A DNA stretch of 64,000 nucleotides from contig JBGAQA010000008.1 in the NCBI GenBank assembly GCA_044220955.1, positions 64,316 through 128,315 of the forward strand, read 5' to 3'. Each line of letters opens with the position of its first letter. Position 1 is the first letter of the stretch. The notes beneath the pieces are model-generated. The model ran no database searches. It saw only the letters and a program-made list of their open reading frames with translations, and had not been told where the DNA came from. The stretch comes from Sandaracinaceae bacterium. GTDB taxonomy: Bacteria > Myxococcota_A > Polyangia > Polyangiales > Sandaracinaceae. A program made the translations under genes and the position numbers. This document shows, one piece after another, positions 1 through 14,261 of this stretch.

Positions 1-387
1 GACTCGCTCTCGCCGCTCGTGGATCTCGGGCAGGTCGAGGGCGCCTTCGCGCAGGGCGCGGGGTGGCTGACCCAGGAGGAGCTCGTCTGGGACGCACAGG
101 GTGCTCTGAGGACGAGCAACGCGAGCACCTACAAGCTGCCGAGCCTCGGCGAGTGCCCGCCCGTCTTCCGCGCGCGCCTGCTCGAGCGCGCGCCGCAGCC
201 CGGCGTCGTCATGGGCAGCAAGGCCGTCGGCGAGCCGCCCTTCATGCTGGCGTTCTCGGTGCGCGAGGCGATCCGCGCCGCCGTCGCGGCGTTCGCGCCG
301 CAGGGCCACCGCGCGCCCGTCGCGCTCGGCTGCCCCGCGACGAGCGAGCAGATCTACTGGGCGATCGAGGCGGTGCGCGAGGGCTAG
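1..387 (+). CDS. xdhB: Xanthine dehydrogenase molybdopterin-binding subunit, C-terminal part (runs off the window start)
   Basis: DLGQVEGAFAQGAGWLTQEEL, STYKLP and SKAVGEPPFMLA motifs of the XdhB C-terminus. Confidence 0.88.
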   Translation, partial: DSLSPLVDLGQVEGAFAQGAGWLTQEELVWDAQGALRTSNASTYKLPSLGECPPVFRARLLERAPQPGVVMGSKAVGEPPFMLAFSVREAIRAAVAAFAPQGHRAPVALGCPATSEQIYWAIEAVREG

Positions 388-393
388 GTTTCC

Positions 394-517
394 AGGGGCC
401 CTGGGCGGGCCCCTCGACGCACCGGCAGAGCCGGATGCGTCTCACCCCCTCACCGACTCGGCTCGCTACCGCTCGCCTCGCGAGGCACAGCGCTCGTCTC
501 GCGCACCAACCTCGTCG
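394..517. repeat. Structured intergenic repeat, copy 1 (REP/MITE-like, several hairpins)
   Basis: Hairpins AGGGGCCC-N5-GGGCCCCT and GACGCA.CCGGC-N3-GCCGG.TGCGTC; reverse complement resembles 40079-40192. Confidence 0.6.
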
Positions 518-555
518 TGCCCGAGGCCGTCGTCGATCTAGGGACAGCCTTCGAG

Positions 556-1641
556 TCAGGCGACGGCGCCGTACTCGGAGTCGTCGGCCGAGACGGTGCC
601 TTCGCGGACGCGGGCGTCGATCCAGGGCTCGTCTTGCCGCGGCGGCCCGAGCACGACCGGCGTGCCGTCGTAGCGCACGCGGCGGCCCGGGAAGATGTAC
701 GCCTTGAAGCAGTAGACGAAGAGCGACTTCTGCTCGAGGCGCGGATCGATGAAGGGCGCGAGCTCCTTCGCGTGCGCCGCGGGCGTCAGGCTCCAGTGCA
801 GGCCGGCGTGCATGTGGTGGATGCCGTGGAAGCCGTTGTTGAACGTGAACCAGTTGACGAACTTCCCGACGAAGTTCCGCGAGTGGTTGTAGGGCGACTC
901 CGGATCGCAGCCGTCGTGCTGCACGAAGTTGATGCCGGCGATTCCCCACACCGCGTACTGGTGCGGGATGAAGACGAACACGATGAACTTCCACGGCTCG
1001 AAGGAGGGCCAGAGCGAGATCGCGAGGGTCACCGCGAGGAAGAGCGCGTACGCGCCGAGCTCGAGCATGAGCTGGCGGTACCAGACGGGCTTGCGGGTGC
1101 GCATCACCTTCGCGTACTCGTAGTTGTCCTTGAAGATGGCGCCGCCGACCGCGAAGTTGAAGAAGAGCTGGTTCAGCAGGTTCCAGCGGAAGCGCATCTT
1201 GTCCGTGCGCATCCGGTCCTTCGGCGTCTGCGTGTACTTGTGGTGCGAGAGGTTGTGCCCGGGCACGAACATGCTGACCGGGTGCCCGTAGGTCAGCGAG
1301 AGCGCCATCTGGAAGATGCGGTTGTGCGTGCGATCGCGGAACACCGGCGCATGCACCGTGTTGTGCGTCGCCACGGCGCAGAAGAACGAGAGGAAGCAGA
1401 TCGTCGCGCAGAGGATCGCCGCGGCCCATCCGGGCATCGGGACGGCGTAGCCGACCGCGACCAGCGCGAAGTACGTGACCACGAAGGCGACGGTGCGCCG
1501 GTCCGCCGCATATCGGAGCAGGCCCGCGCGCCGCGCGCCGCCGTGCGTGTAGAGCGCGTCCACTGCGTGCTGGTTGCCCGTGTCCCCCGGGATGGCTTGC
1601 ATGACGCGGCGAGTCTTAGCCCCGGCTCTGCGCTTGTCCAT
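556..1641 (-). CDS. Membrane fatty acid desaturase family protein (start may be 1602)
   Basis: Three His boxes HNTVH, HNLSHH, HGIHH plus hydrophobic segments. Confidence 0.88.
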   Translation of the reverse strand: MDKRRAGAKTRRVMQAIPGDTGNQHAVDALYTHGGARRAGLLRYAADRRTVAFVVTYFALVAVGYAVPMPGWAAAILCATICFLSFFCAVATHNTVHAPVFRDRTHNRIFQMALSLTYGHPVSMFVPGHNLSHHKYTQTPKDRMRTDKMRFRWNLLNQLFFNFAVGGAIFKDNYEYAKVMRTRKPVWYRQLMLELGAYALFLAVTLAISLWPSFEPWKFIVFVFIPHQYAVWGIAGINFVQHDGCDPESPYNHSRNFVGKFVNWFTFNNGFHGIHHMHAGLHWSLTPAAHAKELAPFIDPRLEQKSLFVYCFKAYIFPGRRVRYDGTPVVLGPPRQDEPWIDARVREGTVSADDSEYGAVA

Positions 1642-3528
1642 TTCGGGCCAGGGCCGTTCTGAGGCCCGTCACACGGTGCGAAGCGCGCTTCACGCCAGCG
1701 CTCAGGAGCCGCGGATCTCCTACGATCAGCGCGGATCTTCGTGCTCGGGTGATGGCCGTGTAGAGCAGCGAGCGGCCGAGGAGCAAGGGGACGTCCTGGC
1801 TCGGGAGCAGCAGGGTCACGTGATCGTGCTCGGACCCCTGCGCCTTGTGGACCGTGGTCGCGTACGCGCGCTCGACGGTGCCGAGCACCAGCTCGAGCGG
1901 GTGGTGGACCAGCCGACCGCCGCGCACGAACACGGCCATCAGCCGCGGACCCTCGGGCGTCGACAGCGTCGCGACCATGCCCTGGTCGCCGTTCAAGAGC
2001 TCGCGGTCGTAGTCGTTGCGGTGCGCCAGGAGCGGCTCGCCCGGGACGAACCCCTCGGAGCCGGAGAGCTCGGCGGCCATGCGGCCGAGGCGCGCGTTCG
2101 CGCCGTCTGCGCTCGCGGCGTCGCGACCCGTGCGCGTCACCGTGAGCACCCGGCTGGCTGCCAGCTGCGTGAGGCAGCTCTCGAGGCGCGCGCGATCGAG
2201 CTGGCTCTGCATGTCGAACGCCGCGCGCGCGAGCTCGAGCACAGGGGCGAAGCGCTCGGCGAACGTCGCCCTGAGAAACGCCGCGCGCTCCCGCTCGAGC
2301 CGCGCGACGCCCGAGTCGTGCTGGGCCGCCTGGGCCGGGTCGTCGAGCGCGCGGACCGAGGCCGGGTCGAGCGAGCCGTCCCGGATCGACGCGGCGACGC
2401 GGCGCACCTCGGCTCCGCCTGGATCGCGCGCGTCGGTCCGGTGGCTCACGCTCAGTCGCGCGACCGGCACGACGCCCGGCGCCGCCACCAGGTCGGCGAG
2501 CACCGCGCCGGGATCCACGGAGGGCAGCTGATCGGGGTCGCCCAGGAGCACGAGTCGCGTGTCCGGCGAGAGCGCCGCGACGAGGCGCTCGGCGAGCGCG
2601 AGGTCGAGCATCGACGCCTCGTCCACGATCACCAGGCGCTGAGGGAGCGGGTTCTGCCCGTGGAACGTGAACGCGCCGTCGGAGGGGCGGAACCCGAGCA
2701 GGCGGTGCACCGTCTCCGCGCGGGGCAGCCGGTCGAGCAGGGCGGTCTCGCCGCGCAGCGTGGCCGAGAGCGAGGCGAAGATGCGGTCTGCCGCCTTCCC
2801 GGTCGGTGCGGCGAGCGCCACCGACGCTGGAGCGACGATCGGGCGATCGCCTCCCGCGAGCGCGCGGACGATCGCGGCCACGATCGACGTCTTGCCCGTG
2901 CCGGGGCCGCCGGCGATGACGACCTGCGGGCCAGCCACGGCGGCCCGGAGCGCCGCGAGCTGCTCGGGGCCGAGCGCGGCAGGTCCCTCTGGCGTCATCA
3001 ACGTTCCGGCGCGCTCCGTCGCGGCCTCCGTCGCGGTCCCCGCTGCGCCCGGAGCCGCCGCCGCTCGCGCCGCGAGCGAGCGGGCGAGGCGGTCCTCGAG
3101 CGCGACGTGGCGCGCGGCCGCGAGCCGTCCCTCGTCGAGCACGAGCGGCCGCGCCTCGCCCGGTCCCCCGACGATCGAGCCGAGCAGGAGCCGCGCGCGA
3201 GAGAGACCGTCCGTGAGGGCGTCGCGCTCGGCGGCGTCGAGCCCGAGCTCCTCCGCGCGGGCGAGCGCATCGTCACGATCTCCGAGCACGATCGCCGTTC
3301 CGCCGCGGTGGGCCGCGTCGAGCGTGGCGAGCACCACGAGGGTCGCGGCGAGCGGATCGCTCGGTCGTGGCCGCACGAGGCGCACGAGCTCCCACGCGAG
3401 CGCGAGCGGCTCGGCGCCGAGGTCGCTCTCGGCGAGGCGCTCCGCCAGCGCGTGAGGGAAGGGCAGCTCGTCTCGGGCCGCGAGCCCTGCGCGGAGCCAC
3501 GCGGTGCCGTGCGGCGTCAGCGTGCTCT

Positions 3529-3532
<4 letters not shown>
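1616..3532 (-). CDS. recD: Exodeoxyribonuclease V alpha subunit RecD
   Basis: GGPGTGKT, LAAPTGKAA, TVHRLLG, IVDEASM, GDPDQLPSV, TVHKAQGSE, LLYTAITRA; ATGA overlap with the recB stop. Confidence 0.93.
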
Positions 3533-7016
<3,484 letters not shown>

Positions 7017-7020
<4 letters not shown>

Positions 7021-10000
7021 CGCGCCGCTCCCTTGGACGGTGGGACGATCGCGGGCTCGTGCAGGTGCTGGAAGAAGAGCGCGAAGCGTTGCCCCACGAG
7101 CCGCGCGGGCGCGCTCGGCGCGGGGAGCCTCACCGCGCCGCGCACGGGGCCGTAGCGGCTGCGGCCACCCTCCCACTTGGGGCCACGGACGACGTCGATC
7201 GAGCGCGAGAGGTCGCGCTCGAGCGTCGGGCTGCCCGAGACGAAGAGGTGGGCGACGCGCAGCACCGACTCGATGGGCATGAACGACGTCTGCGGCTCGG
7301 TCGCGAGCTCCCTGGCCAGGCCGGCGAGCCAGCGCCGGGCGAGGTCGGGTCGCAGTGGCTTGAGCGTGACGCTCGTGCTGCCGTGGCGAGCGACGACGAG
7401 CGCGCGGCGCGAGCGAGCCGTCGCGCGGGGCTCGAGGCAGAGCGCGGCGTGGTCGACGAATGCGCGCAGTGCGAGCCGCAGGTCGGCGATCTGCTTGCGC
7501 TCGCGCGCGCGCTCGGCGCCGAAGTCGAGCTGGAGCGGCTCCTCCCCGCCGAGCAGCGGGGCCGTCGTGCCCACGAGCTCGAGCGCTCGGCCATCGGGGA
7601 GCGGTCCGAGCGCGATCGGATCGAGCGCGCGGCCCGCGGCGTCGCCGTGCTCGCGGCCCGCACCGAAGCGCACCGCCGCCGCCTCGCGGACGCCCGGCCG
7701 CGCGCGGCGAAGCTCGGCGAGCATCTGCTCGGCCTCGTCCGACGCGAGCGAGCGTGCCCGCTCACCGAACGCGCCGAGCGGGAACGTCCCGTGCGCGACG
7801 CCGTGGGCCGCCAGCGCCTCGACGGACGTCGTCGCGCCGAGCGCCCCGAGCACCAGCGCGCGGACGACGTCGGCGTGCGTCCAGCGGTCGAGGTCGAATG
7901 GCTCCGAGTCGCCGCTCGCGTCGTCGTCGTCGTCCGCGCGCCCCACGATGCGGCGCGCAGCCGCCTGCACGGGGCAGTCGAGGAAGCGGCGCAGATCATC
8001 GAGCGTCACCCGGACCACGGCGCCGGCCTCGGCAGCCGGTCGCGGCGGGATCGGCGGCAGCAGGAGCCCGGCCCGGCGCGGATCGTCCGGGGCGAGCTCG
8101 CGCAGCAGATCCGCCAGCGGCAGGGCGCTGCTCGCCCAGCGCGCGCGCTCGGCGTCGCCGAGCACGCGAGCCCGAGCCTCCGCCTCGGCGATAGGGAACG
8201 CGAGCGTGGCGACGCGCGCCGCGAGGTCGCCCTCTCTCGCCGCGGCGAGCAGCGCCACGTCGCGGCGGAGCGGGGGGCGGGAGCGCTCGAGCTCCGGTAG
8301 CTGCGCGTGCAGCTCGCTCAGCGCGTGCGCGGGTGCGATGTCGTCGCCCGTCTGCTCGTCGCGCGCGACCCACGAGAGCACCAGCGCGTCCCGCGCCGAC
8401 ACGAGCGCCTCGAGCAGCGCCAGGCGATCGCGGTCCTCCGCCGTGACCTCGCAGGCCTGACGGCCCGTCTCCGCGCGCAGGTCCAGCCCCGTCTCCGGCT
8501 CGTGCGAGGGGAAGCGGCTCTCCCCGAGGCCGAGGACGAAGACGAGCCGGTGGTCGCCGGCGCGGTGCGGCGCGAGCGCTCCGACGAGCACGCCGCGATC
8601 GCTGGCGCCGCGCGCCGCCGGGAGCGACTCGAGCGCGCGGAGCGCCAGGCTGGAGGCCGCGGCGCAGCCGAGCCTCGCCCCCCCGTCCAGCGAAGGTCCG
8701 CCCAGATCGCGCAGGGCCAGGAGCGCACGGCGATGCTCCGCCTGCTCCATCCCCTCGGTCACGACGTACGTCTCCGCGAGCGACACGAAGAAGCGCGCCC
8801 ACGCGTCGACGGGCAGCGACGCGCGGCGCGCAGCCGCCACGTCGGCGGCGAGCGAGCGGATCAGCGACACCACGCCGTCCACGCCTCCATCCAAGTCCAG
8901 CTCCTCGGGGAGCCATCGCTGCCCGTCCTGCTCGAAGAAGCGCTCGTCGCCGCTTCGCTCGCCGAGCATCACAGCGCCCAGCGCGAGCCGCTCGATCGCC
9001 TGCTCGAGGTGGATCGCGCACGGATCGGCCGCGTACGTGGCGGGCAGCTCTTCCGGGCCCGTGCCGAAGTACACGCCGAGGCGTTCGATCGCCAGCGCGA
9101 GCGCCTCCGGCTCGGGAGCGCCCGCCTCGCCGGCGCCCGGCAGCCGCGCGAGCACGAGCGGGTGGAGCAGCACGTCGAGCAGGCCCGCGCGCGTCGGCCC
9201 CGCCGCGACCAGCCGCACGAGGCGCACGATCACCTCGAGGACGCGGCTGCGCGAGGCGAGCGCGAGATCGACGCCGCTCCAGGGGATGTCGCGCGCCTCG
9301 GCGAAGACGGTCTCGATCTGCGGGAGATAGAGGTCGCGGTCGCGCGCCGGGATCCAGACGGCCACGTCCGGGAAGCGCAGCGGCGCGCCGGTGGTCGCGG
9401 CCTGGTGAACGCGCGCCCAGATCTCGCCGGCGACCGCCTCGACCTCGCGGCGCAGCGAGGGCGCGGCGACGACGACGACGGAACCGTCCCGGGCGGCGCT
9501 CGCCTCCGCGGCGCGGATCGGGCGCCTCTGCCGGATCGAGGCCTGCAGGCGCCCGAGGCGCGTGCGCTCGTCGGCGTCGGCGAAGAAGCGCTCCGCCGCG
9601 TACTCGGTCGCCGCGTCGAGCGCTGCGACGTGCTCGCGGGCCGCGGTTCCCCACGACGCGAGCAGAGGGCTCTCGGAGCCGGTGTCGTCGGCCGAGCGCC
9701 GCGTCGCGTCCTCCCAGAACTCGGCGCAGGGCGCCGGCGTGAGCACCAGCACTTCGCCGCGCGTCGCGATGGCGCGCACGAGCTCGTGCTCGACGCGGGA
9801 GAAGTACGAGTAGCCGAGCACGACGAGCGGCACGCTCTCCGCGCGTCGATCCGGCGCCGCGAGCGCGAGCGCGCCCTCCGCGAGCGTCGTGACCGCGTCG
9901 TCGAGCGGACCGAGCGCCTCGCGCAGGAGCGCGCCCTGCCACCAAGCCCGGGCGCCCGGACCGCGCTCGCCGGCGCGCCAGGCGCGGACGAGCTCCGGCC

Positions 10001-10436
10001 GGTCGAGGGTGTAGCTGGCGTAGAGCCGTGCGAGGCGTGAGGCCAGCTCGCACGCGCGGCGCTCGCGCAGCGCGCGCGTGCCGCCGCCTTCGCCTTCGCC
10101 GTCGACGTAGGCGCGCACGGGCGCGAGCTCGTCGCTCGCGAGCCGCGCCGGAGTGAGCAGGACGTCCCGGACGAGCCCCTCGCAGAGGCTCGCCGAGAGC
10201 ACCTCGCGCCCGGTCGCGCTCCGCACGCGCGCCTCGAGCTCCGCCGGCAGCCGCGTCAGATCGATCGCCGCGACGATCCCCAGCGCGCGCGCGAGCGCTA
10301 GCTCGGCGCGCCGCTCGACGACCCGGCTCGGCACGGCGACGACCAGCCGCTCGAAGGGATCGACGCGCGCGCGCACCCGCTCCGCGAGCACCTCCCACAA
10401 CCGCTCCACGCGATCGGAGAAGACGACGCGCAGCAC
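7017..10436 (-). CDS. recC: Exodeoxyribonuclease V gamma subunit RecC
   Basis: N-terminal VVFSDRVERL, PAPCAEFWED, PLLASWG, LGRLQASI, SLRREVE, LRRFLDCPVQA; position upstream of recB-recD. Confidence 0.88.
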
Positions 10437-10440
10437 GCGC

Positions 10441-10938
10441 TCAGCCCTTCCGGCGTCCCTCGAAGGGCGCCCGCCCGCGCACCACGAGGTCCCACCACTT
10501 GAAGGTCATCGCGAGCGCCGCGTCGAGCTCGCGCGTCGCCTCGGTGGGCGCGAGCGTCGCGTCCGGGAGGCACTGCGCGGCGATCGGCGAGGCCGCGAGC
10601 ATGTGCTGGATTCCCTGCGAGAACCCCTCGCCCGCATACACGAGGCAGACGGGCATCCCGAGCTGTGCGAGGTCCTGGAGCGCGTACGGGATCTTCTCGT
10701 CTGCCGTGCCCGCGCTGTCCTGGTACTTGCACTCGAGCGCCATCGCGGTGCGCGTGGACTCCTCGATGATCAGGATGTCGATCCGTCGGTTCTTGCCGAT
10801 GATCGTCTTGCCGAGCGGGACCTCGCGATAGATCGTGATGCCGCGGTGGCCGAAGCTCGTGGCCAGATACGACGCGATGGTGTTCGCGTACTGGGCCCCG
10901 GTCATGGTGACGGTCTTGCGCACGGCCGGTTCTCTCAC
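10441..10938 (-). CDS. Small PD-(D/E)XK (restriction-endonuclease-like) nuclease
   Basis: EVPLG..RRIDILI..ALECKYQDSAGTADEKIPY, i.e. a D...ExK catalytic arrangement. Confidence 0.75.
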   Translation of the reverse strand: MREPAVRKTVTMTGAQYANTIASYLATSFGHRGITIYREVPLGKTIIGKNRRIDILIIEESTRTAMALECKYQDSAGTADEKIPYALQDLAQLGMPVCLVYAGEGFSQGIQHMLAASPIAAQCLPDATLAPTEATRELDAALAMTFKWWDLVVRGRAPFEGRRKG

Positions 10939-11345
10939 GCGAGGAGTCGAAAGCCCAGCGCGCGCGCGGCCACGGCCATCTGCTCGTCGTGGGTCGCGAA
11001 GCGCAGGGCGGAGTCACGCTGCCGCAGCGCCAGCGCGCTGGCGAGGTGGATGGCGTCCAGCGTACGGAGGCTCGTCGGCATCGGCTCGGCAGCGCGGCGG
11101 AGGATGCGGCGATCGAGCACCGCGATCTCGAACGCCGACAGGATCTCGTCGACCGCGTCGCGCCGGTCGGCGACCTCGTCGTCGTCGAGCTCGCCCGCGA
11201 GCCGCTGCCGGTCGACGACCCGGAAGCACTCGACGCGCGCGAGCTCGCTCGTCACCGGGTCGCGCAGCTTCGACCAGCTGGCGAGGCGTGCCCGCTCACC
11301 GAACGCCACGCGCAGCACGACCGAGGAGTCGACGTAGGCCCTCAA
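10935..11345 (-). CDS. vapC: VapC/PIN-domain toxin (TTG start)
   Basis: AYVDSSVVL, SELARVE, LRTLDAIHLASAL, FATHD. Confidence 0.85.
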   Translation of the reverse strand: MRAYVDSSVVLRVAFGERARLASWSKLRDPVTSELARVECFRVVDRQRLAGELDDDEVADRRDAVDEILSAFEIAVLDRRILRRAAEPMPTSLRTLDAIHLASALALRQRDSALRFATHDEQMAVAARALGFRLLA

Positions 11346-11355
11346 GGCTCGGTCC

Positions 11356-11610
11356 TCATCGCTCGCCGCGCTCGGCGCGGAGGGTGGCCAGCGTCGAGGC
11401 GCGCGCGCGGGTGGGCGCGTAGCGCTTCCGCCGGAGCGCACCGAACGACGTCGACGCGGGGATCACCGTGACGCCCTCGTCGTCGTCCACGGGCACGAGC
11501 CGTGCGACGGGTCGATCCCGGTCGGTGACGAGGATCGTCTCGCCGCGCTGCACGCGACGCAGCGTCACCGAGAGCTCGTCCTTCAGGCGCGCGATCTTGA
11601 TCGACCTCAT
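11356..11610 (-). CDS. Phd/YefM-family antitoxin
   Basis: MRSIKIARLKDELSVTLRRVQRGETILVTDRDRPVARLVP; directly upstream of a PIN toxin. Confidence 0.85.
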   Translation of the reverse strand: MRSIKIARLKDELSVTLRRVQRGETILVTDRDRPVARLVPVDDDEGVTVIPASTSFGALRRKRYAPTRARASTLATLRAERGER

Positions 11611-11666
11611 GGCTAGATCTGGCCATGACGCCCCCTCCACGTCAAACGTACCGAGGTCGAGGCGCA

Positions 11667-13745
11667 TCACTTCTCCTCGTCCATCGCGAGCGTCAGCTGG
11701 CCCACGCGGCTCTCGGGCGTCGTCCGGATCCGCTCCGCGCCCGTCGCCCCGAGCCGCTCCTCGGCGATCGCGAGCGCCTTCTCGCTGATGTCGGCGCCGG
11801 CGAACGAGCGCCCGCCGAGCACCGCCGCCACCCCCGCGCTCGCCGTCCCCATGAAGGGATCGATCACCAGCTCGGCCGGCGACGAGGACTGCTCGATCAG
11901 CACGCGGCTCACCGCCACCGGCTTCTCGGTCGGATAGCCGCGGTGGATGCGCTTTTCCCGGATCAGGTCGGCGACCCCGAGGTCGGCGAGCTTCCGCTTC
12001 CCCTTCTCGAAGAAGAGGATCAGCTCGTACCTGGAACGGTAGTGGTATCCCATGCCGATCGCGCAATTGTGCGTCACGAGGCCGTTCGCGAGCACGAAGA
12101 GCTGGGCATCGTCGTCGATCGCGATGTCCACCAGCTCCTGCTCGGGTCCCGACTCGACCGAGGTGACGGTGAGCGGCTCCGCCCGGCGCTGCGGGTCGCT
12201 CCTCACCCGAAATCCTCCGGCGTGATCGTTCGAGAACGGCCGCAGGGTCGCGTGCTCTCCGCGCCGACGCAGCTCGCGTAGGGCGAAGTACGAGAGATCC
12301 GCCGACGCGAGGTTCAAGGTCGTTCGCTGCTCGTCGTGGGACCACGATCCGTCGCCCTCGAGCAGTCCGTCGAGGACGCCGTCACGAAACGCTCGCGGCG
12401 CCCGATACACGGCAGGCTTGAAGTACTTGGTGGTCGCGTCGGTGCCTCCGACGAACGTCTCGACGAGGCGCCGCGCGATCAGGAACGAGACGTGAACGAT
12501 CGTCGATCTCGTTCCGTCTCGCGTCTCGATCCGGGCTCGGAGGCCCAGGCGGCGTGCCATGCGGGCCACGTGGGCGTGGAGGATCACCTCGCGCTCGTGG
12601 AAGGCGAACGAGATCCCGGCTTGATCGACGCAACCTTCGGCGGCGAAGAGCCCGACGAAGCGGCCCCACGCGTGGTCGAGCTCGATCGCGTCCGGAATCG
12701 TGCGTGCGGAATCGTTCGCCAGTGCCTGCCGGAACCGGCCGGTCGCGAGGTGCTCGAGCCCGAGCGCGCGGGCCCAGGTCGCGGGCAGGGCCCGCTTCGC
12801 CATCCATCGGCGCAGTCGACGCGCGGGAATGCCGAGCTCGGCGGCCATCGCTTCCTTGCTCCGTGCCTGCTCGCAGTGGCGTGCCTGGTGCGCGGAGCAC
12901 GCGCGAGGGGTCTCGAACGATCGGCCGCAGAACAGGCACGAGCTCGCGCTCGGGAGCTCGAGCACGCGCTCCTCGTCGCTCAGGAGCGCGTCCAGCGAGA
13001 GCACGGCTTCGACGTCGCGATCGACCTCCGTGCTCGTGGCGAGCGTCGCGCCGGCCACCAGGGCGTGGGCCTCGACGTGCGACCCATCCGCGAGGACGAA
13101 CCGGTGCTCCGCCGATGAGATGACGTCGGTCCCGTCCGACAAGCCCAGTCGCAACGTCGGCGCGTGCGTCCGACGCGTCGCGAGGACGGGAACCAAGCGC
13201 CCTTCGTGCGTTCGGACGCTCTCGCCACCTCGGACCTCCCCGATGGGTACGACGCCACGTTCCGTCCATACCGGCGTGGACGGGTGAAGGCACTTGTCCC
13301 ACACCAGAGGCTTCCAGAACTTGAAGCCGGCCGCCTCGCCCGCCGGCTTGGCCACGAACGCCGTCTCCTGGTCGCAGTAGAGATAGAAGTGCGCGTTCTT
13401 CTTCAGCACGCGGTGCACCTCCGCGAAGAGCTCGGGGAAGCGCGCGTTCGGGAACACGGTGAACCAGTCGTTGCTCGACGACTTGCTGTGCGAGAGGCGC
13501 GTCGTCGTGCCGACCGCACGGTGCTTCTCCAGCGACTCGTAGGGCGGGTCCGTCACCACCAGATCCACCGACGCGTCGGGCAGGGTGCGCAGCCACGCGA
13601 CGGCGTCGAGGCGGGTGAGCGCGTAGCGCGTGCCCGGCGGGGCACGCTCGACGGCTACCTCTTTCTCCTCGTCTCGGGCCACGGGATGCTCCGTCGCCCA
13701 TACCACGGGCTCGGAAGGGGTCAGGGAGGGATCTCGCTCGGTCAC
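11667..13745 (-). CDS. Site-specific DNA methyltransferase (N4-C/N6-A, beta-class motif order) interrupted by an intein; start uncertain (13745 or 13682)
   Basis: DLVVTDPPY catalytic motif precedes YPTEKP and VIDPFMGTAS (SAM motif I); exteins join as WDK|CAIGMGYHYR. Confidence 0.88.
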   Translation of the reverse strand: MTERDPSLTPSEPVVWATEHPVARDEEKEVAVERAPPGTRYALTRLDAVAWLRTLPDASVDLVVTDPPYESLEKHRAVGTTTRLSHSKSSSNDWFTVFPNARFPELFAEVHRVLKKNAHFYLYCDQETAFVAKPAGEAAGFKFWKPLVWDKCLHPSTPVWTERGVVPIGEVRGGESVRTHEGRLVPVLATRRTHAPTLRLGLSDGTDVISSAEHRFVLADGSHVEAHALVAGATLATSTEVDRDVEAVLSLDALLSDEERVLELPSASSCLFCGRSFETPRACSAHQARHCEQARSKEAMAAELGIPARRLRRWMAKRALPATWARALGLEHLATGRFRQALANDSARTIPDAIELDHAWGRFVGLFAAEGCVDQAGISFAFHEREVILHAHVARMARRLGLRARIETRDGTRSTIVHVSFLIARRLVETFVGGTDATTKYFKPAVYRAPRAFRDGVLDGLLEGDGSWSHDEQRTTLNLASADLSYFALRELRRRGEHATLRPFSNDHAGGFRVRSDPQRRAEPLTVTSVESGPEQELVDIAIDDDAQLFVLANGLVTHNCAIGMGYHYRSRYELILFFEKGKRKLADLGVADLIREKRIHRGYPTEKPVAVSRVLIEQSSSPAELVIDPFMGTASAGVAAVLGGRSFAGADISEKALAIAEERLGATGAERIRTTPESRVGQLTLAMDEEK
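12066..13292 (-). mobile_element. Intein (409 aa) with LAGLIDADG homing endonuclease, C2H2 zinc finger and HTH
   Basis: Block A CLHPSTPV, block B SSAEHRF, block C GLFAAEG, block E DGLLEGDG, block F LVDIAI, block G LVTHN followed by +1 Cys. Confidence 0.92.
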
Positions 13746-13802
13746 CCCCCACCGACGTCCGGGTCCCGTCCGGACTGACGCCTCGTGGTAGGAGACACGG
13801 CC

Positions 13803-14258
13803 ATGACGCGTCACACCCTGCTGATGGGCCTGCTCCTGCTCGGAGCGTGCGGCGCGTCCCGCGCGTCCGATCCCCCGCCGAGCGTCGCCCCCATCGACAC
13901 CGTGCCGCCGCCGCCTCCGGGGCCGGAGCCCTGCACCGGCGCGTGCCCCGGCGCCGGCGCGACGTGCACGCGCGGTCCTGCCTGGAGCTGCACGTGCACC
14001 GAGCACGCGGACGTGAACTGCGGCGGGGCGCAGCGCATGCTCGGCCCGAGCTGGTGGGCCTGGTCGTGTGTGCCGACCGACGACTCGGCCGATCGCGGCG
14101 ACGGCTGTCCGTTCGCCGAACCGATCGAGGGCAGCGCCTGCTCTGGCGCTCCCACGTGTCGCTACGAGCAGGGCCCCTGCGGCTGGAGCGGCGTCGACGC
14201 TGCGTGCGTCGGCGGGGCGTGGCACCTCACCGCGTTCATGATGCCGCCGCCCCCGTGA
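13803..14258 (+). CDS. Cys-rich lipoprotein, hypothetical
   Basis: Lipobox LLGAC, Pro-rich linker, many Cys. Confidence 0.7.
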   Translation: MTRHTLLMGLLLLGACGASRASDPPPSVAPIDTVPPPPPGPEPCTGACPGAGATCTRGPAWSCTCTEHADVNCGGAQRMLGPSWWAWSCVPTDDSADRGDGCPFAEPIEGSACSGAPTCRYEQGPCGWSGVDAACVGGAWHLTAFMMPPPP

Positions 14259-14261
14259 GCA

